A DNA stretch of 62,490 nucleotides, the filler included, from Aduncisulcus paluster (Eukaryota): the NCBI GenBank assembly GCA_024181965.1. It is 5 parts of 5 records of this genome, joined end to end, with 100 filler letters (N's around TTAATTAATTAA, not from the genome) between each part and the next. Parts side by side here need not be neighbours in the genome. Positions count along the whole stretch, not along the records: positions 1 to 22,387 come from BQXS01012492.1; 4 more parts are not named here. One strand, given 5' to 3'. Of the stretch, positions 1 through 11,640 are shown piece after piece (the stretch's first letter is position 1; the number at the start of each line of letters is the position of its first letter). The notes under the pieces are model-generated. The model was given only the letters and a program-made list of their open reading frames with translations. It ran no database searches and had not been told where the DNA came from. The position numbers and the translations under genes were made by a program.

Positions 1-46
1 TTGCTTAACTTCCGGAATTGAACCGGAGGGTTATGATTTCGAGTTA
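1..46 (-). tRNA. tRNA-like 3' half (T-arm / B-box) remnant
   Basis: Reverse strand reads TCCGG-TTCAATT-CCGGA (11-27), a 5-bp stem with a canonical T-loop (GGTTCAATTCC B-box). No matching 5' acceptor half was found, so it is not a complete tRNA. Confidence 0.3.
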
Positions 47-599
47 AATAGAATGTTCCTTTAATATAAAAATGAACGAAATACCATTCAACATTTTTAC
101 TATATAATATCCATCTGTTATTCTTGCTGACCATTATCTTAATAACTTCTCCTCCCTCCCTCATTGACCTAAAGGCTGCGATCTGGGGATGATGGGATGG
201 AAAGCTTAAAGATATGTCTAACCCCGACTTCCAGTGCCCAGAGCATCACGTTCCATATGCCCAATAGGGCTAGGTTTATTTCTGAATTCTTTTTCCCTGC
301 TAGGTTTTCTTTCTTAAATAAATATTATTATTATTACTGTACTAGCCAACAGCGTTAGCTCGCTTTCCGACCCCTGATTTCTTTCTCTCTCTTGCCTCCC
401 TCTCTGACCCATAAGTACTGCTCGCGGGAAAAGGTGAAGCGAGGACGATGGCCGAAGGAGAAGACTCAAGTCTCCCTCCCTCTCATTCCCCAGCAACTAG
501 GTTGTCGTGTTCCTTAATCCCCTCGGGGATAGGTATTGAGAGAAATTCTTTTGTTTTCCCTTTATGGTTTTCTTTTCTTTTCTGTTCAATAAATACAAA

Positions 600-629
600 T
601 ACTGTACTATACTGTACTATACTATACTG
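600..629. repeat. (TACTG/TACTA)x6 pentamer array, Tc1/mariner footprint-like
   Basis: tactg tacta tactg tacta tacta tactg, located exactly where the integrase fragment ends. Confidence 0.8.
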
Positions 630-930
630 TTGGAGTAACAAAAACAAACCTTGTGAAGTCATCCACCGCAACAATCAGGTGTTTCAAATCATTCTGATCT
701 GGTTCTAAAGGTCCTACGGTGTCTATTGACACACAATCCATGGTTCCACTTGCTAAAAGTTTTCCCATTTTGTGTTTTCGTAACCTTTGATTCGTTTTTT
801 GACATACTGTGCCCGTTTTAATAAGTTCTTTTGTTTTCTTTTCGATTTCTTTGTTAATAACATTTGTTCTTTTTAATTCTTTTAACGTTGGTCCTGCTGC
901 AGCATGTCCTAACCTTTTGTGAGTCCTCAA
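622..930 (-). pseudogene. Ty3/gypsy integrase fragment (zinc-binding region and start of rve core)
   Basis: H-KRLGH...TVCQK, then SIDTVGPL...HLIVAVDDFTRFV, the typical first catalytic-Asp region of LTR retrotransposon integrases. Truncated at the pentamer array. Confidence 0.85.
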
Positions 931-1203
931 AATTATGTCTGATTGTTTCTTTCGTTTCTTCTTCCACTTCTGGAGATCCTTCTTTGTCTTTTACTTCTGA
1001 TATACTACTAGTAGAAGTAATTTTTTCCATTGTTTGAGCTTTTTTTCTTAAATTAGGAGTGTCTTCCTCCTTATTTATCTATTTTTAGATTCGATTCGTT
1101 CCGTTTATTTCAATAAATTGTAGATCGCTTACAATTATATTCTCCAGATAATCCTGCTCAAAGAATTTGTCGATCGAAAATTCTCTCAAAAGGTATTTTC
1201 AAT

Positions 1204-2061
1204 GTGTGGATTGGGATTTATTGCTTCAAGATCTTTGATAAGATCATACTGTGCATCATGTGCGCCATCTGCTTCAAGAAACATTACATATGCAATGAAG
1301 TTTGCTGGAAACTTGAGGAAAAGAATAAAAGTTATCATTTCCCACAGTTTATTCAATTTCTCAAAGAAATAAGACGAGCTGCAAATAGAAGACTGAAGGA
1401 ACATCATGCCGATCCTGTCATAGCAATGGAATTGTTCAAGAAGGTAAAGATTCATCTTGCTCAAGCTAATGAATGTGATGTCTTACAGGATTCTGACCTC
1501 TTAAAATTCCAGAAACTGCTCTTTTTAGGAATGATTCTCTTCACAACTCAACGTGCCAATACATTTGTAAAGATGAGTATTGATGATATACATTGTAGAC
1601 ATGGAACATTTATGGTTTACTTGGATTCTGGGAGAAAAAGAAGTGGAAGAGCTGGAAAATCCAGATATTTGTTTGGAAGGAAATGGTCTTTTCTTAAGAC
1701 ATCTCTGATATTGTGGAGAGATGGTCTCAGAAAAAGATTTTATGAGTTGAATACTGATTCTCATTCCTCCTCTTCACCCTCATTGAAGAGATTACCTGTA
1801 CCTTTTCCTTCAAACTGCAAACCATTATCTAATTATGTTATTTCTTCTTGGTTGGATGATGTTTCCGGAAAGCATATAACCATAACAACCCTAAGAAAAT
1901 CCATAACTGAACTGGCATTTAGCACTGATGCTCTTACCGAAGAACAAGCATGGTTGGTGGCTATGTTAGGAGACCATACCCATAAGACTGTCCAACAGCA
2001 TTATTTGAAAGACTGCTCCAGTGAATGTGACTGTGAGGATTTCATTTTCCTCCTCTGTTGA
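1204..2061 (+). CDS. Tyrosine recombinase (Crypton-like / phage-integrase fold)
   Basis: Catalytic motifs in order: TTQR (box I Arg), a Lys-rich strand (GRKRSG), TTLRKS (HxxR box with H replaced), LGDH, and QQHY (nucleophilic Tyr). Start codon uncertain. Confidence 0.75.
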   Translation: MWIGIYCFKIFDKIILCIMCAICFKKHYICNEVCWKLEEKNKSYHFPQFIQFLKEIRRAANRRLKEHHADPVIAMELFKKVKIHLAQANECDVLQDSDLLKFQKLLFLGMILFTTQRANTFVKMSIDDIHCRHGTFMVYLDSGRKRSGRAGKSRYLFGRKWSFLKTSLILWRDGLRKRFYELNTDSHSSSSPSLKRLPVPFPSNCKPLSNYVISSWLDDVSGKHITITTLRKSITELAFSTDALTEEQAWLVAMLGDHTHKTVQQHYLKDCSSECDCEDFIFLLC

Positions 2062-2220
2062 CCAAATGTGTTCAACCTCCTCCAAGAATTTGATAAAGTA
2101 TCCCCTCAGGCTTGGATATGTTAGTGCTTGGATGAGCATGGTGATCCTGTGTGAATCTACAGATTGGGTCACTGATGTACAGTATAGTATGATGTTATGC
2201 CGATACCACCATTGTTTTGA

Positions 2221-3560
2221 TCAGTATGGAAGAATGGAACCGGTGCTCGTTGAGGGATTAATAGCAACGATGAAAGTGAGTGTTCTTTGTGGGATAAAAC
2301 CCAGTCTTCCATGATATATAAGTTGAGGTGCAAGGTACTTGTAGAATGCGGCTACGATCTGCAGAGGTTTCAATGGTAGTTGGATGATCCTCTCTGTTTC
2401 AACTTGCATTGCATCGACTTTTCTTAGTAGGATGCATTTATTAGGGTTGGTACCTTTCATAAAGGCCTGAGACCGGTTCATTTTCGGAGCCTCTGCAGCG
2501 AAAGTGGGACCAAACGGTCCAAGATTGATATGTGGCTAGATCCATTATGCCCTCATCTCCCCAGCTCGCCGTCATCATTAGATACATATCACTTATTCTT
2601 GTGCAAGAGCCACATATCAACTGTCAGCTGTAAGGCTATAAATATATAACCCAATTATATTTGCTCCGTATCCCCTGCAAGCCAACTCAACTTGTTCTCC
2701 AAAGTATGTATAGATAGTTCCTTTCGCAATGCCATCAACACATGATTGATATTTTATGACTCCATTGGCACTGTCAAAGAAATAATAGTCATCTTCTTTG
2801 AAGCATATGTCTGGAACACGAGCGTCGCTTTCGCTTATATGCAGAAAAGGCAAAACTTCTGCGGCTAGCTGGTGTTTGTGTGCTGCCGATCGTAGCTTTT
2901 CATATAATTTAGCTACACTCTTATTCAGTCGCTCCNNNNNNNNNNNNNNNNNNNNAAGCCAACTCAACTTGTTCTCCAAAGTATGTATAGATAGTTCCTT
3001 TCGCAATGCCATCAACACATGATTGATATTTTATGACTCCATTGGCACTGTCAAAGAAATAATAGTCATCTTCTTTGAAGCATATGTCTGGAACACGAGC
3101 GTCGCTTTCGCTTATATGCAGAAAAGGCAAAACTTCTGCGGCTAGCTGGTGTTTGTGTGCTGCCGATCGTAGCTTTTCATATAATTTAGCTACACTCTTA
3201 TTCAGTCGCTCCCTACCTGGGCTGAATAGTGTCGAAGACTTCCACATTTCTCTATCCACTCTTCGATATGTGTTATGTAATGTGGTTTTACCTTTGAGAT
3301 TCCTCTGTTGGTGGATATAACCCTTGCCAGAACACGTAAAGGAATCCATATCGCCCTATGAATATGGCTAACTGTATAATTTCTTTCACATCCTCTCCAG
3401 GTTTCGCCATGGCCATTTTAAGAACATAATCATCCAACGAAACTGCCATGAATAATACATCTTTGAAACGGAGGTGACCATGTGTTTCAGTTGTGACACA
3501 CCTCCTGCGGGCACTCCGTTTCTTTGGATTCACACGCAAAATCGATGTGCGGCCAACTTT
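2221..3560 (-). pseudogene. Degenerate Plavaka/CMC-like transposase (C-terminal half plus an upstream fragment)
   Basis: Across frameshifts it reads LRFKDVL...KVKPHYITHIEEWIEKCGSLRHYSAQVG/ERLNKSVAKLYEKLRSAAHKHQLAAEVLPFL, aligning with KVKLHMMAHIDQFVKLHGMLSNVDTQTGERMNSSVLKAYRHLRFQKRKHELASETLPFL in 18917-20197. PLKPLQIVAA matches FKPLHVIAAD. Confidence 0.7.
2679..3212. other. Assembly artefact: ~257-bp duplication flanking a 20-N gap
   Basis: 2679-2935 is repeated at 2956-3212 across the N run. Confidence 0.9.
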
Positions 3561-3718
3561 TGAAAGTTCTTCATCCGCATATCTGTCATCATCATATAAG
3601 AATGAGAATTTAGCGTTGCCCCGGACAGAGATACGATCAAGTTCCCTGAGGCATGGGAAGCAAAACGCCCGGAATTCTGCGCAGTCACTTCCCTCCCGAA
3701 ATTATGGATAACTTGATA

Positions 3719-3779
3719 GCAAGATCGTTGTGAAGTTTACATCACAGATTCTTCGTCTTTCTTTTAGTGCTTAAATTAG
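3719..3779 (+). mobile_element. Short 5'-truncated copy of the RLE non-LTR element 3' end
   Basis: Near-identical to 11581-11640 (gcaagatc.ttgtgaagtt(t)acatcacag.ttcttcgtctttcttttagtgcttaaattag). Confidence 0.7.
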
Positions 3780-5216
3780 TGAATTAATTCACCAGCTATC
3801 CCACAGAGTGGTCACATTCTAGGGTTTTTCTTCTTGTTTGTTTACGGAATAAATGACTGAAGTTTTGCTTTATTCATCGTTGAAAGAGGACATTTAATAG
3901 TATCTAAAATTCTATATTATATTGTTTTTTTTAAATTTTCGTATCGGATCGGATTTGAATCATTTGCAAATCCATTTTTGTTTGGTTAAATCAGAAGGAG
4001 TCGGGACATGAACTGGAAATTCATATCCCTGGAACGATGTAATGGGACTTTCCACCCCATTATATCGTTCCCCTTCTGATAATTTTTTGTTTCATTTCAT
4101 TTTTTGTTTTACCTGGGTTCTATACTATAGACGTAGTACGCAATTTTTTTTTGCTTGCCCGTTACTTTGTTTATTTTTATTGTTATTTTTATTATTATTA
4201 TTAATTAAGATTATAAACCCCCCAATAAAGAAATTCTGTAAGAATATGTATAACATATGCATTAAGACGTATTACAATTGTATTACCAATAAATACATGT
4301 GTCGTACATTTGGTATGACATATGTTTTACATGATGTTTTTCATGTGCATTACGCAGTGTATAGCATATGTGAAACAGTATGTTATACAATAGTTGTACA
4401 TCGTGTAGTACATATGTTGGACATAGTGTTATACGTAATTTCAAAGATGTTGTACCTAATGTATACACTTTATTTGAATGGTCATACAAAATGTAGTAAA
4501 TAAGTACAACCAATGTGTAGTCACTCAATGAGGAAATGTATTACCAATTAGTAATGCATTGGTTTTACCATTATTCGGAACGACTGTGCAGCGTCTAAAT
4601 ATAATTTAAGTATCATTTGTTAGTTTCTCAGATCTATTTATAGAACAGGTTGTCATCCCGTTTATTTGAATAAATTGTATACCAGTTTAAGCTTAAATTA
4701 GCAACATCATTCCATTAGTTTTAAACCGATCAGACTCCATCTAGCACAACCTAACCGGATGCCACTATTATGCCTTAAATTCCATCACCGGCCATGGTTC
4801 TCTACCTCTTCACCAAGTAGAGGTTAATTTAACATACAGAGTCGGAACCAAAATCCGTATCGAGTGTGGCACACACTCTTTGTTCAGTGAACAAAAGGAA
4901 AAAGAAGAGGAGAAGGAGGAAAGATGTCAAATGGAAGAATTTAAAGAAGAAGGAAGATTGAAGGAAAAAGAAATAGATTGGGAAGAACGAGTCTTCAATT
5001 ACCTCCATGCTGAGCAGGTCACGATGCTCGGTCTCTCTTTGAGATTCTCCTTTTGGAGCTTCTCTTAACTGCCTAGTGACTAGGTAGGGAGATTCGGGGA
5101 GTTGTATATATTATCACCTAGTAGGAAATGAAGATAAAAATCATTATTGACCACAATATGGAAGTCAAAGTCAAGGAACAAATTAACTAAAAAATAATTT
5201 GAAGAATATCTTCCAT

Positions 5217-5938
5217 TTATTCGAGCTCTTCAAATTCCTCTTCTTCATCGAGATCAACAGCGACAGAAGAGGTTTGCATTGTGGATGACAACTCTGAACC
5301 TTGAGAGATAAGGGTTAAGCTGGCTCCTGATGGAGTAGAAATATCAGGAATACTCTGTTCTGATACGATGGACTTCCAAGAAGTGGGGACATAGTGTGTC
5401 AAGATAGAGGTGTCAATAAATCTTTCATGAAAAGCATCATTGCAGTCATCAATCATTGCTTTGAGTGTTGTACGATGTTTTTTGATATTTGACAAATAGT
5501 TGTTTGTGTGAATGGCCAGATACTTTGTGTAGAATTCAAGTAGTTTGTAATCTGGCCATTCTGAAATAATTGCACCAAATTTTCCATCGTTCGAATCTCT
5601 TCAAGAATAATATCTTTCCTGTCTGCTTCAGGGAGTCTTCTGTTGGTCTTGACAATCTTTTTTTCGTACTCATAGTGACACAGTGCAGCCAGCAATCTGA
5701 CAGCAATCTTCTTTGAAAGAAACTCAATGGCGGCAGCGTAAACCTTTGAAGTGTCTAAAAATGCTTCAATGTTGGTTGAAGTCACTGAGGTTTCTCCAGA
5801 AATAATTGGGGGGAGAGAAGAAGAGATCATCTCTTTAAGCTCTGAATATCGACGTTTCGTGGCTTTTAAAACCAACTTAACGTTTCTTTTGATAGTTTTG
5901 AAAGTTTCCAAATCAGAAATTGGAGGGTTTGATTCCAT
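5217..5938 (-). pseudogene. Hypothetical protein split by a frameshift
   Basis: Two overlapping ORFs (5453-5938 and 5217-5495) with protein-like composition and an acidic C-terminus. No recognisable domain. Confidence 0.4.
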
Positions 5939-5976
5939 TTTGTAAGCAAAACAGAAATCAAATAATAATAAAATTC

Positions 5977-6519
5977 TTAATAATGATAAAAACGATTTAT
6001 ACTGTTTGTTTTATTAATTTTGGCATTATATTTATAATTATATTTTCCTTGGACCGTGTAAGAAGAATCATCTTGTGAGTCATATGCCCATCCACTTTGC
6101 ACAAGAGTTATCTTTTCAAGAATTCCGAAGTTTATGTTGGTGCAATTAAAAGTGATGATAACAAGATCATCGGCAACGGAGATATCAGTTTCAGTGCCAA
6201 CATATTCATTGTATAATACCCCAATTAATGGAACTGTCTCATCGGAATATGACACCGGAATTTCATTCAAATTCAAAGGACACATAGAATCGGAAAGCTC
6301 ATCTATCAGATCAACAGCAACATTTTCCAGATTACCATAAACTATCATATACTGGTTTGTGGCACTGGCCACTTGAGACAACTTACTACGCCCCAAATAC
6401 AAAATAAGCAAAGGATTGATACTACTAGTATTCTTTTCATTGGCGCACAAAACAAATATCGGCGTCCACAACTTGTTCTCGCAAAATATATTTATTAAAT
6501 ACCGGAAAAAATAATGCAA
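5977..6519 (-). CDS. Hypothetical acidic protein fragment
   Basis: 180-aa ORF whose central part has host surface-protein-like composition. Boundaries uncertain. Confidence 0.3.
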   Translation of the reverse strand: MHYFFRYLINIFCENKLWTPIFVLCANEKNTSSINPLLILYLGRSKLSQVASATNQYMIVYGNLENVAVDLIDELSDSMCPLNLNEIPVSYSDETVPLIGVLYNEYVGTETDISVADDLVIITFNCTNINFGILEKITLVQSGWAYDSQDDSSYTVQGKYNYKYNAKINKTNSINRFYHY

Positions 6520-6751
6520 AGCACAGTTTTTGAATTATTTGCATTTTATTTAACGATCAACTCTTCTCGTACAGAGTCTAGAGCATTGCTCTAAGAGCAA
6601 TGTATAGTATACAAAGGTAATTACCGTCATAAATAAATAAGATTGTTGGATAAACTTGATTTTATTCCACTTTTTGATTTTATATTTTAATTTCTTGGTT
6701 TTTCCCAGCACTTGGCTTTTTTTGTTTTGTTTTTTTGAGACTGACACTAAA

Positions 6752-7480
6752 ATGGTTAATATGTGTTGTTTTTTGCATTCATTTTAGTTGCAATAACCTT
6801 TGCTATGTGTTCCTGGGAGATTGATGGTACTGCTGGCATTATGACCTCTGTTGGTGCGGAGAAGTTTCAAGACATATTTAATGAAACTATTTCCCAATTA
6901 GTGAAGCTGGCCACAGAGATGTCAATTTACGATTGACTTTCCTGTCTTGGGATTTGATGTGGAAGTCGATTTTAAAACTTTAATAGGATTAGAGGCTATC
7001 CTTGAGGATTTAAATTTCTATGATAATTCTATCCTTGCTTTAGAAGTTTCAGGGCAAATGGGGCTCAAGTTTTGGGATGTAAAAGTTGAGCTAACATTTA
7101 CTCCTAACACAACATGTGATGTGCTGCCGCAAACTATAGCTCTCAATGGAACAATTCACATTCCATTCACATTTGATGCAAGTAGCTATGTTGGATATGG
7201 TGATGATGCTGTTCATATCGATTCAACAGGCCCACAGCTTGCAGATGATATAAACTATGACGATTTTTCAATTGAAACATCTGGTGATGTCCTTCCTCTA
7301 TCATTGGTGTTTTTATTTGACGATAATTTCTTAGTCAATGTCTTTATGACCCATCTCACCCAAATACTTGACAAAATTATTTCTTATATCACCATCCCCA
7401 AAGTTGGAGAAGATGTGATTCAGTCGATGAATACTCGAAGCAGCGTCGATGATTCTCTCACTGATATATTTAGTGTGTAT
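6752..7480 (+). pseudogene. Secreted protein remnant, possibly BPI/LBP (TULIP)-like
   Basis: Frameshifted hydrophobic N-terminus (FILVAITFAMC) followed by a beta-rich acidic region. The family call is by eye only. Confidence 0.3.
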
Positions 7481-7620
7481 TGGGGAACTGGTTTTAGTAA
7501 AACCCCAAGAAAATCAAATAAATTGATTACAAAGATATTAAATGAATCTTTTAGTATTTATAACTCTGTTATTGCCATGGATCCTTCAAAATGGCAAACA
7601 TGACAACCGGAGCCAATTCA
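7480..7620 (+). mobile_element. hAT transposase fragment fused to the preceding ORF
   Basis: YNSVIAMDPSKW matches YAVIAMDPAKWDS (~14610-14655) and YYVSISLDQSNWDS in the hAT at 40564-41286. Confidence 0.5.
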
Positions 7621-8544
7621 ATCAATGGATCCAGATAAAATTGAACAAGGCCTAAAAGGCTTGACATTCCCTTGTCACCGCAAGCAAGAAGAAAAACAAA
7701 GCTATTTCGATATCTTATTTCCCGATAATTTTGCGATGAAAATTTCCATTGTTGTCGTTTTCTTGACGCTCTAGCATTATATATCATCATAATAATATCA
7801 TTTTGGATGGCTAGGAGTGATTAAGACAAAAAGGCACGTTAATTGGCCACCTTATAGAAACATTGTCTGACTCCTGTCAAACGAGCTGCTTCTGTGGATA
7901 AGCCCCAGTTCACCGCTCCACGTCCTTATCCGAGTAATCCCCATTCTTCTGCTTCACAAGCTCCTACAGCCAAGCCTCGAGTGTTTACTTCTTCTTCTTC
8001 GTCTGGAGTTCAACAAAGAGACCTATTTAAGGTACATGGTCGCGAATTCAAGTCCGTTTTTAGTCCGAATCGGACTAACTGCTATTTTTTTTAATAAAAT
8101 AATTCGGACTAAACACTTAGTCCTGTTTAAGTTTGTGATGAGGACGCTGGTGTATTGTCCCTGTGGGTGCCGCTACGGAAGTGCTAAATTGTCCCATTGA
8201 AGGATTATATATAGTACGTAGAACACTGCGCAACATGCTCACGGTACATTGGAAGAAATGATTGGGTTAAATGCATTGGACCAAGAAACCTACCCAATGG
8301 AGGAAATTGTAGACCGGTTCAGATAATACAGCCGAAATTATGGATAACTTGATAAATATCTTCGTTATGGAAGGCAGAGTGTATTGGTTCAGAATAAAAT
8401 ACGGAATCTATTATAATTATGAAAGAATTTATTTTATTGTTATTTATTTTTATTCTACTAGAATAAAAATAATAGTATTATTCTTCATATTTCTCGTGGT
8501 CTATTTTTAGACCACTGCGTTTATTCTTTTTCAGTAAATTTGTC

Positions 8545-8750
8545 AGCTAGTACAGTCTCTTGATGGATATAATCTTGCCGGCTCTGATGCAAACGCTGAA
8601 TACGATCGTTCCGTTGTAAAAATATTGTCTAAACCATCCCTGATTACTTGGACTGATGATGAAGGAAAAGAACATGTGCTTGATAGTGGTCTTACTTCTT
8701 TGAGTGTCAGTGGCTGTAGTCTGAGCAGCATTGATGATATTCTTACAAAG
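8545..8750 (+). pseudogene. Leucine-rich-repeat protein fragment
   Basis: LTSLSVSGCSLSSIDDI resembles one LRR unit. Confidence 0.3.
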
Positions 8751-8955
8751 AAGAACATGCGTGCATTTGCTGATGATCCTTGGAAAGAACACAACCGAAC
8801 TACAGAAGAATCTGGACTGCCTAATTGATGCATTGGACCATGCAACGACAAATCCAATGAAATGCTTTGTAATTAGAGGAACGAAAATCTCTCTCCATAG
8901 TACTCTACCTTGAAGAAAGCGATCCACAACAACACAAATAGATTCTTGAGAACTG

Positions 8956-9831
8956 TTGTCCATATTGGAAGATGGGTTCCTTGAATTTAGGTTCACAGGA
9001 AATGGAAATCTCCAACGAGAAGACACGACGGACCATGCTAGACTACTGAACATTAACTGGCTTCCGGGACTTATGGCGGTGAGGCGTCAAGGGCTAACTC
9101 TTAAGAGAGAAGACAAAACATTCACACTGATGGAAAAAGGAACGCCGTTTAAGTGTACCAAGAAAGATCACCTGATTAGACGACGAGCCCACATCAGACA
9201 TCACGCTATATGGAGCTCTCAACCAGCAGTTACATCTCTATTCAATCGTTCAGCACACTGGCTCAAGAATCTTATTCAGATGAGAGTTCACCTGGCCCAC
9301 ACCAGAGCTGTAACCAGAATCGGAGATCGTTCATGTCTTCTTTGCTCCTCACAACTTGACACCCAGAATCATGCACTAGGAGGCTGTCCGGCCAGTATGG
9401 ATGACTATAGGACCAGACATCACGCGGTTCGACACTCTATAATTGATGGACTGAGAAGGATTCACCCATTAATACCAGTTCTATCAGAACAACATGTAGA
9501 CGAACAAGAAAGACAGGACATAACTGTCAGCCTTATAGCCCCAATCTACAATGAGATAACGATCGCATATGAGGACGCCACTATCCAGAGTCTTGAATCG
9601 ACAACGGCACGTAAGTACCACAAATATGATGACATAAAAGACTCACTTATTGTTTGTGCTTACGGACATAGTGGTATCTTTCTCCAGACAATAATAATTG
9701 CTCGGATGGAAGAACTCCTCCCAATCTCTGAGAGACAGATACTCAAACTCTTACAGGATGCAGGACAAGTAGCTCTCAGGGAATCATGTAAGATACTAAG
9801 GAAAAGGTTTGCTCGCCAGCAACACTTATGA
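8956..9831 (+). mobile_element. Non-LTR retrotransposon C-terminus (CCHC knuckle + restriction-like endonuclease; R2/R4/NeSL-type), RT absent
   Basis: CLLC-x7-H-x4-C (CLLCSSQLDTQNHALGGC), YRTRHHAV, RQDI (PD-like), EITIAYE and KYHKY, the standard RLE motif series. Confidence 0.8.
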
Positions 9832-9990
9832 GGTGACAAAACTCATTGCTTATCTACTTTAACATCTCACTCTCAGGATCTCTCTCACCCGCATGGATCT
9901 CAAATGATTGAAGTATTCAAGAACATGACTATCTAGTCATTATAAACCTCAAAAACACCACCGAAGACTTTCATGTTGGACCAATGTCCT

Positions 9991-10290
9991 GATAACGGTA
10001 TCAGAGATTTACTGAAGAATTGCGATATAATCCAAGAAGCTTCAGTAACAGGTAATCTCTGTTTTTTTCATGCATTAATCACACTATTAAATGTTAAAAA
10101 ATAATTCCCTTATGATGCCAAACATCTGCAAACCGAGGAATTTGCATATATTGAGAGGAATTATAAATGCTTCTTCAAAACGTCACATGAGGCTTTAGAG
10201 TATATATCAGAGAGGAAAAGAGGAGGATTTGCCTCTCAGATCGATATTTACGCGACGTGTAATATTTTAGGCCAAAGTTCTCACTTGCGC
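9991..10290 (+). pseudogene. OTU-like cysteine protease remnant
   Basis: Manual translation: ...SVTGNLCFFHALITLL..*..EYISERKRGGFASQIDIYATCNILG, resembling OTU GNC-FxAL and Y...G.W/F...EI.A...L motifs. One internal TAA; catalytic His not seen. Confidence 0.45.
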
Positions 10291-10691
10291 ATGGCCCGAC
10301 ACCAACGGAAATCCGATTCATATAAAGAAATATATGCAACATTGATGCACTCCTGTTCTCTTAGAGAAACTATAAATAATTTAAGGGAAGTTACAACATC
10401 TCAGGAGTTGGAAGAGATTGCTATATCAAACGGATGGACAGAAAGAGACGATTATATACCACCACTACCATCAGAAATGTGTCGTATCAGCAATTATCAG
10501 AAGATATGTTTTTGAAAATTAAGGACAAAGGGCAACACTGGCTGGGAATGTACCGAGTGGAACACTTTACAGCTGGTCAAGTGGCCAGCTCAAAGGTTTA
10601 ATAGCGTGATAGAAAGAGAACTGCAAAGAAAAACTCGGGCTTTTACATAGCTGAGTATGTTTCAATCCTAAGTCAGGGAATTTCTAAGAGG

Positions 10692-11640
10692 ATGGAAATC
10701 ATAAAAGAGGACATCCGGAACCAAATTGGTTCCTTACATTCCGCTGTAGTGTCAAAAAAAACTATAAGAGCAATGGGCCAAGCCATGATCGAAAGAAAGG
10801 AGTTGAGTCAGCACAGTGACGATTGCAATTGCTTCTACAATCGAATTTCAGGGGTGGAATGTCCGACGTTTAAATCTAACATTATGCTGAGAATCTCCAT
10901 CCTCTTTCTTCATTCTTGGGGATCATCCCCAAGGGATGGATGGAGAGCAACGGCTCACACAATTAATTACAGACTGAGACACGTCAAAAGGCTGGCAGCA
11001 GTTGCCGAATGGGCTGCTCTAACCTCTACCGGACGTGCTGTCACATACTATAGGGACAATGATACCATACAGGGATTGACATTCCTGTTTCCGAGACTGG
11101 TGACCCTTCGCCTTCATCTACTCCCAACAGCCAGTCGAAGAAGGAACAGTGGACGCCGATGGTGCAGAAGATGCCATGCACTGGACACTCAGACTCATCT
11201 TTTGGGTGGATGTTCAGCCCTTATGCATATGTACACCACTCGTCACCACAGTGTGAGATCTTTCGTAGCATAGTGGCTGAGAGAAGAATTCCAACAATGG
11301 AATATTATTGAAGAAACATCATCTGATGATTCTTTGAGACCTGATATCACCGTGACTAGACGTCAGAGTAACGTTCACTGGATCGGTATATCTATTACTT
11401 ACGAAGATGCTGCATTAGCATCATTAGAGAAGAGATGCAAAGAGAAGATGGATAAGTATGGAGCCTTAGGTGTTCCACTTGTCATTGGCCATGCTGGAGC
11501 CCCTGCAGCACTTTCAAGAAATGGATTGATGAACTTGGGTTTATCTGCCAAGCAAGTCAAACTTCTTCTCTTGGAAGTGGGCAAGATCATTGTGAAGTTA
11601 CATCACAGCTTCTTCGTCTTTCTTTTAGTGCTTAAATTAG
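10692..11640 (+). mobile_element. Second RLE-type non-LTR retrotransposon 3' end (in-frame TAG at 11271)
   Basis: CRRCHALDTQTHLLGGC, YTTRHHSV, then in the same frame after TAG: LRPDITV, ISITYED, KMDKY. Paralogous to 8956-9831. Confidence 0.8.

Noticed and set aside
1..46. 5S rRNA fragment (GGAAGTTAAGC on the minus strand) or a complete tRNA gene
   Set aside because: The match is too short and the remaining structure is not present in the window.
140..600. Possible LTR downstream of the integrase fragment (two minus-strand polypurine tracts)
   Set aside because: No TG...CA boundaries or second copy could be established.
4042..4528. 153-aa and 81-aa ORFs
   Set aside because: They arise from low-complexity T-rich and TGTA/CATA-rich sequence and are not protein-like.
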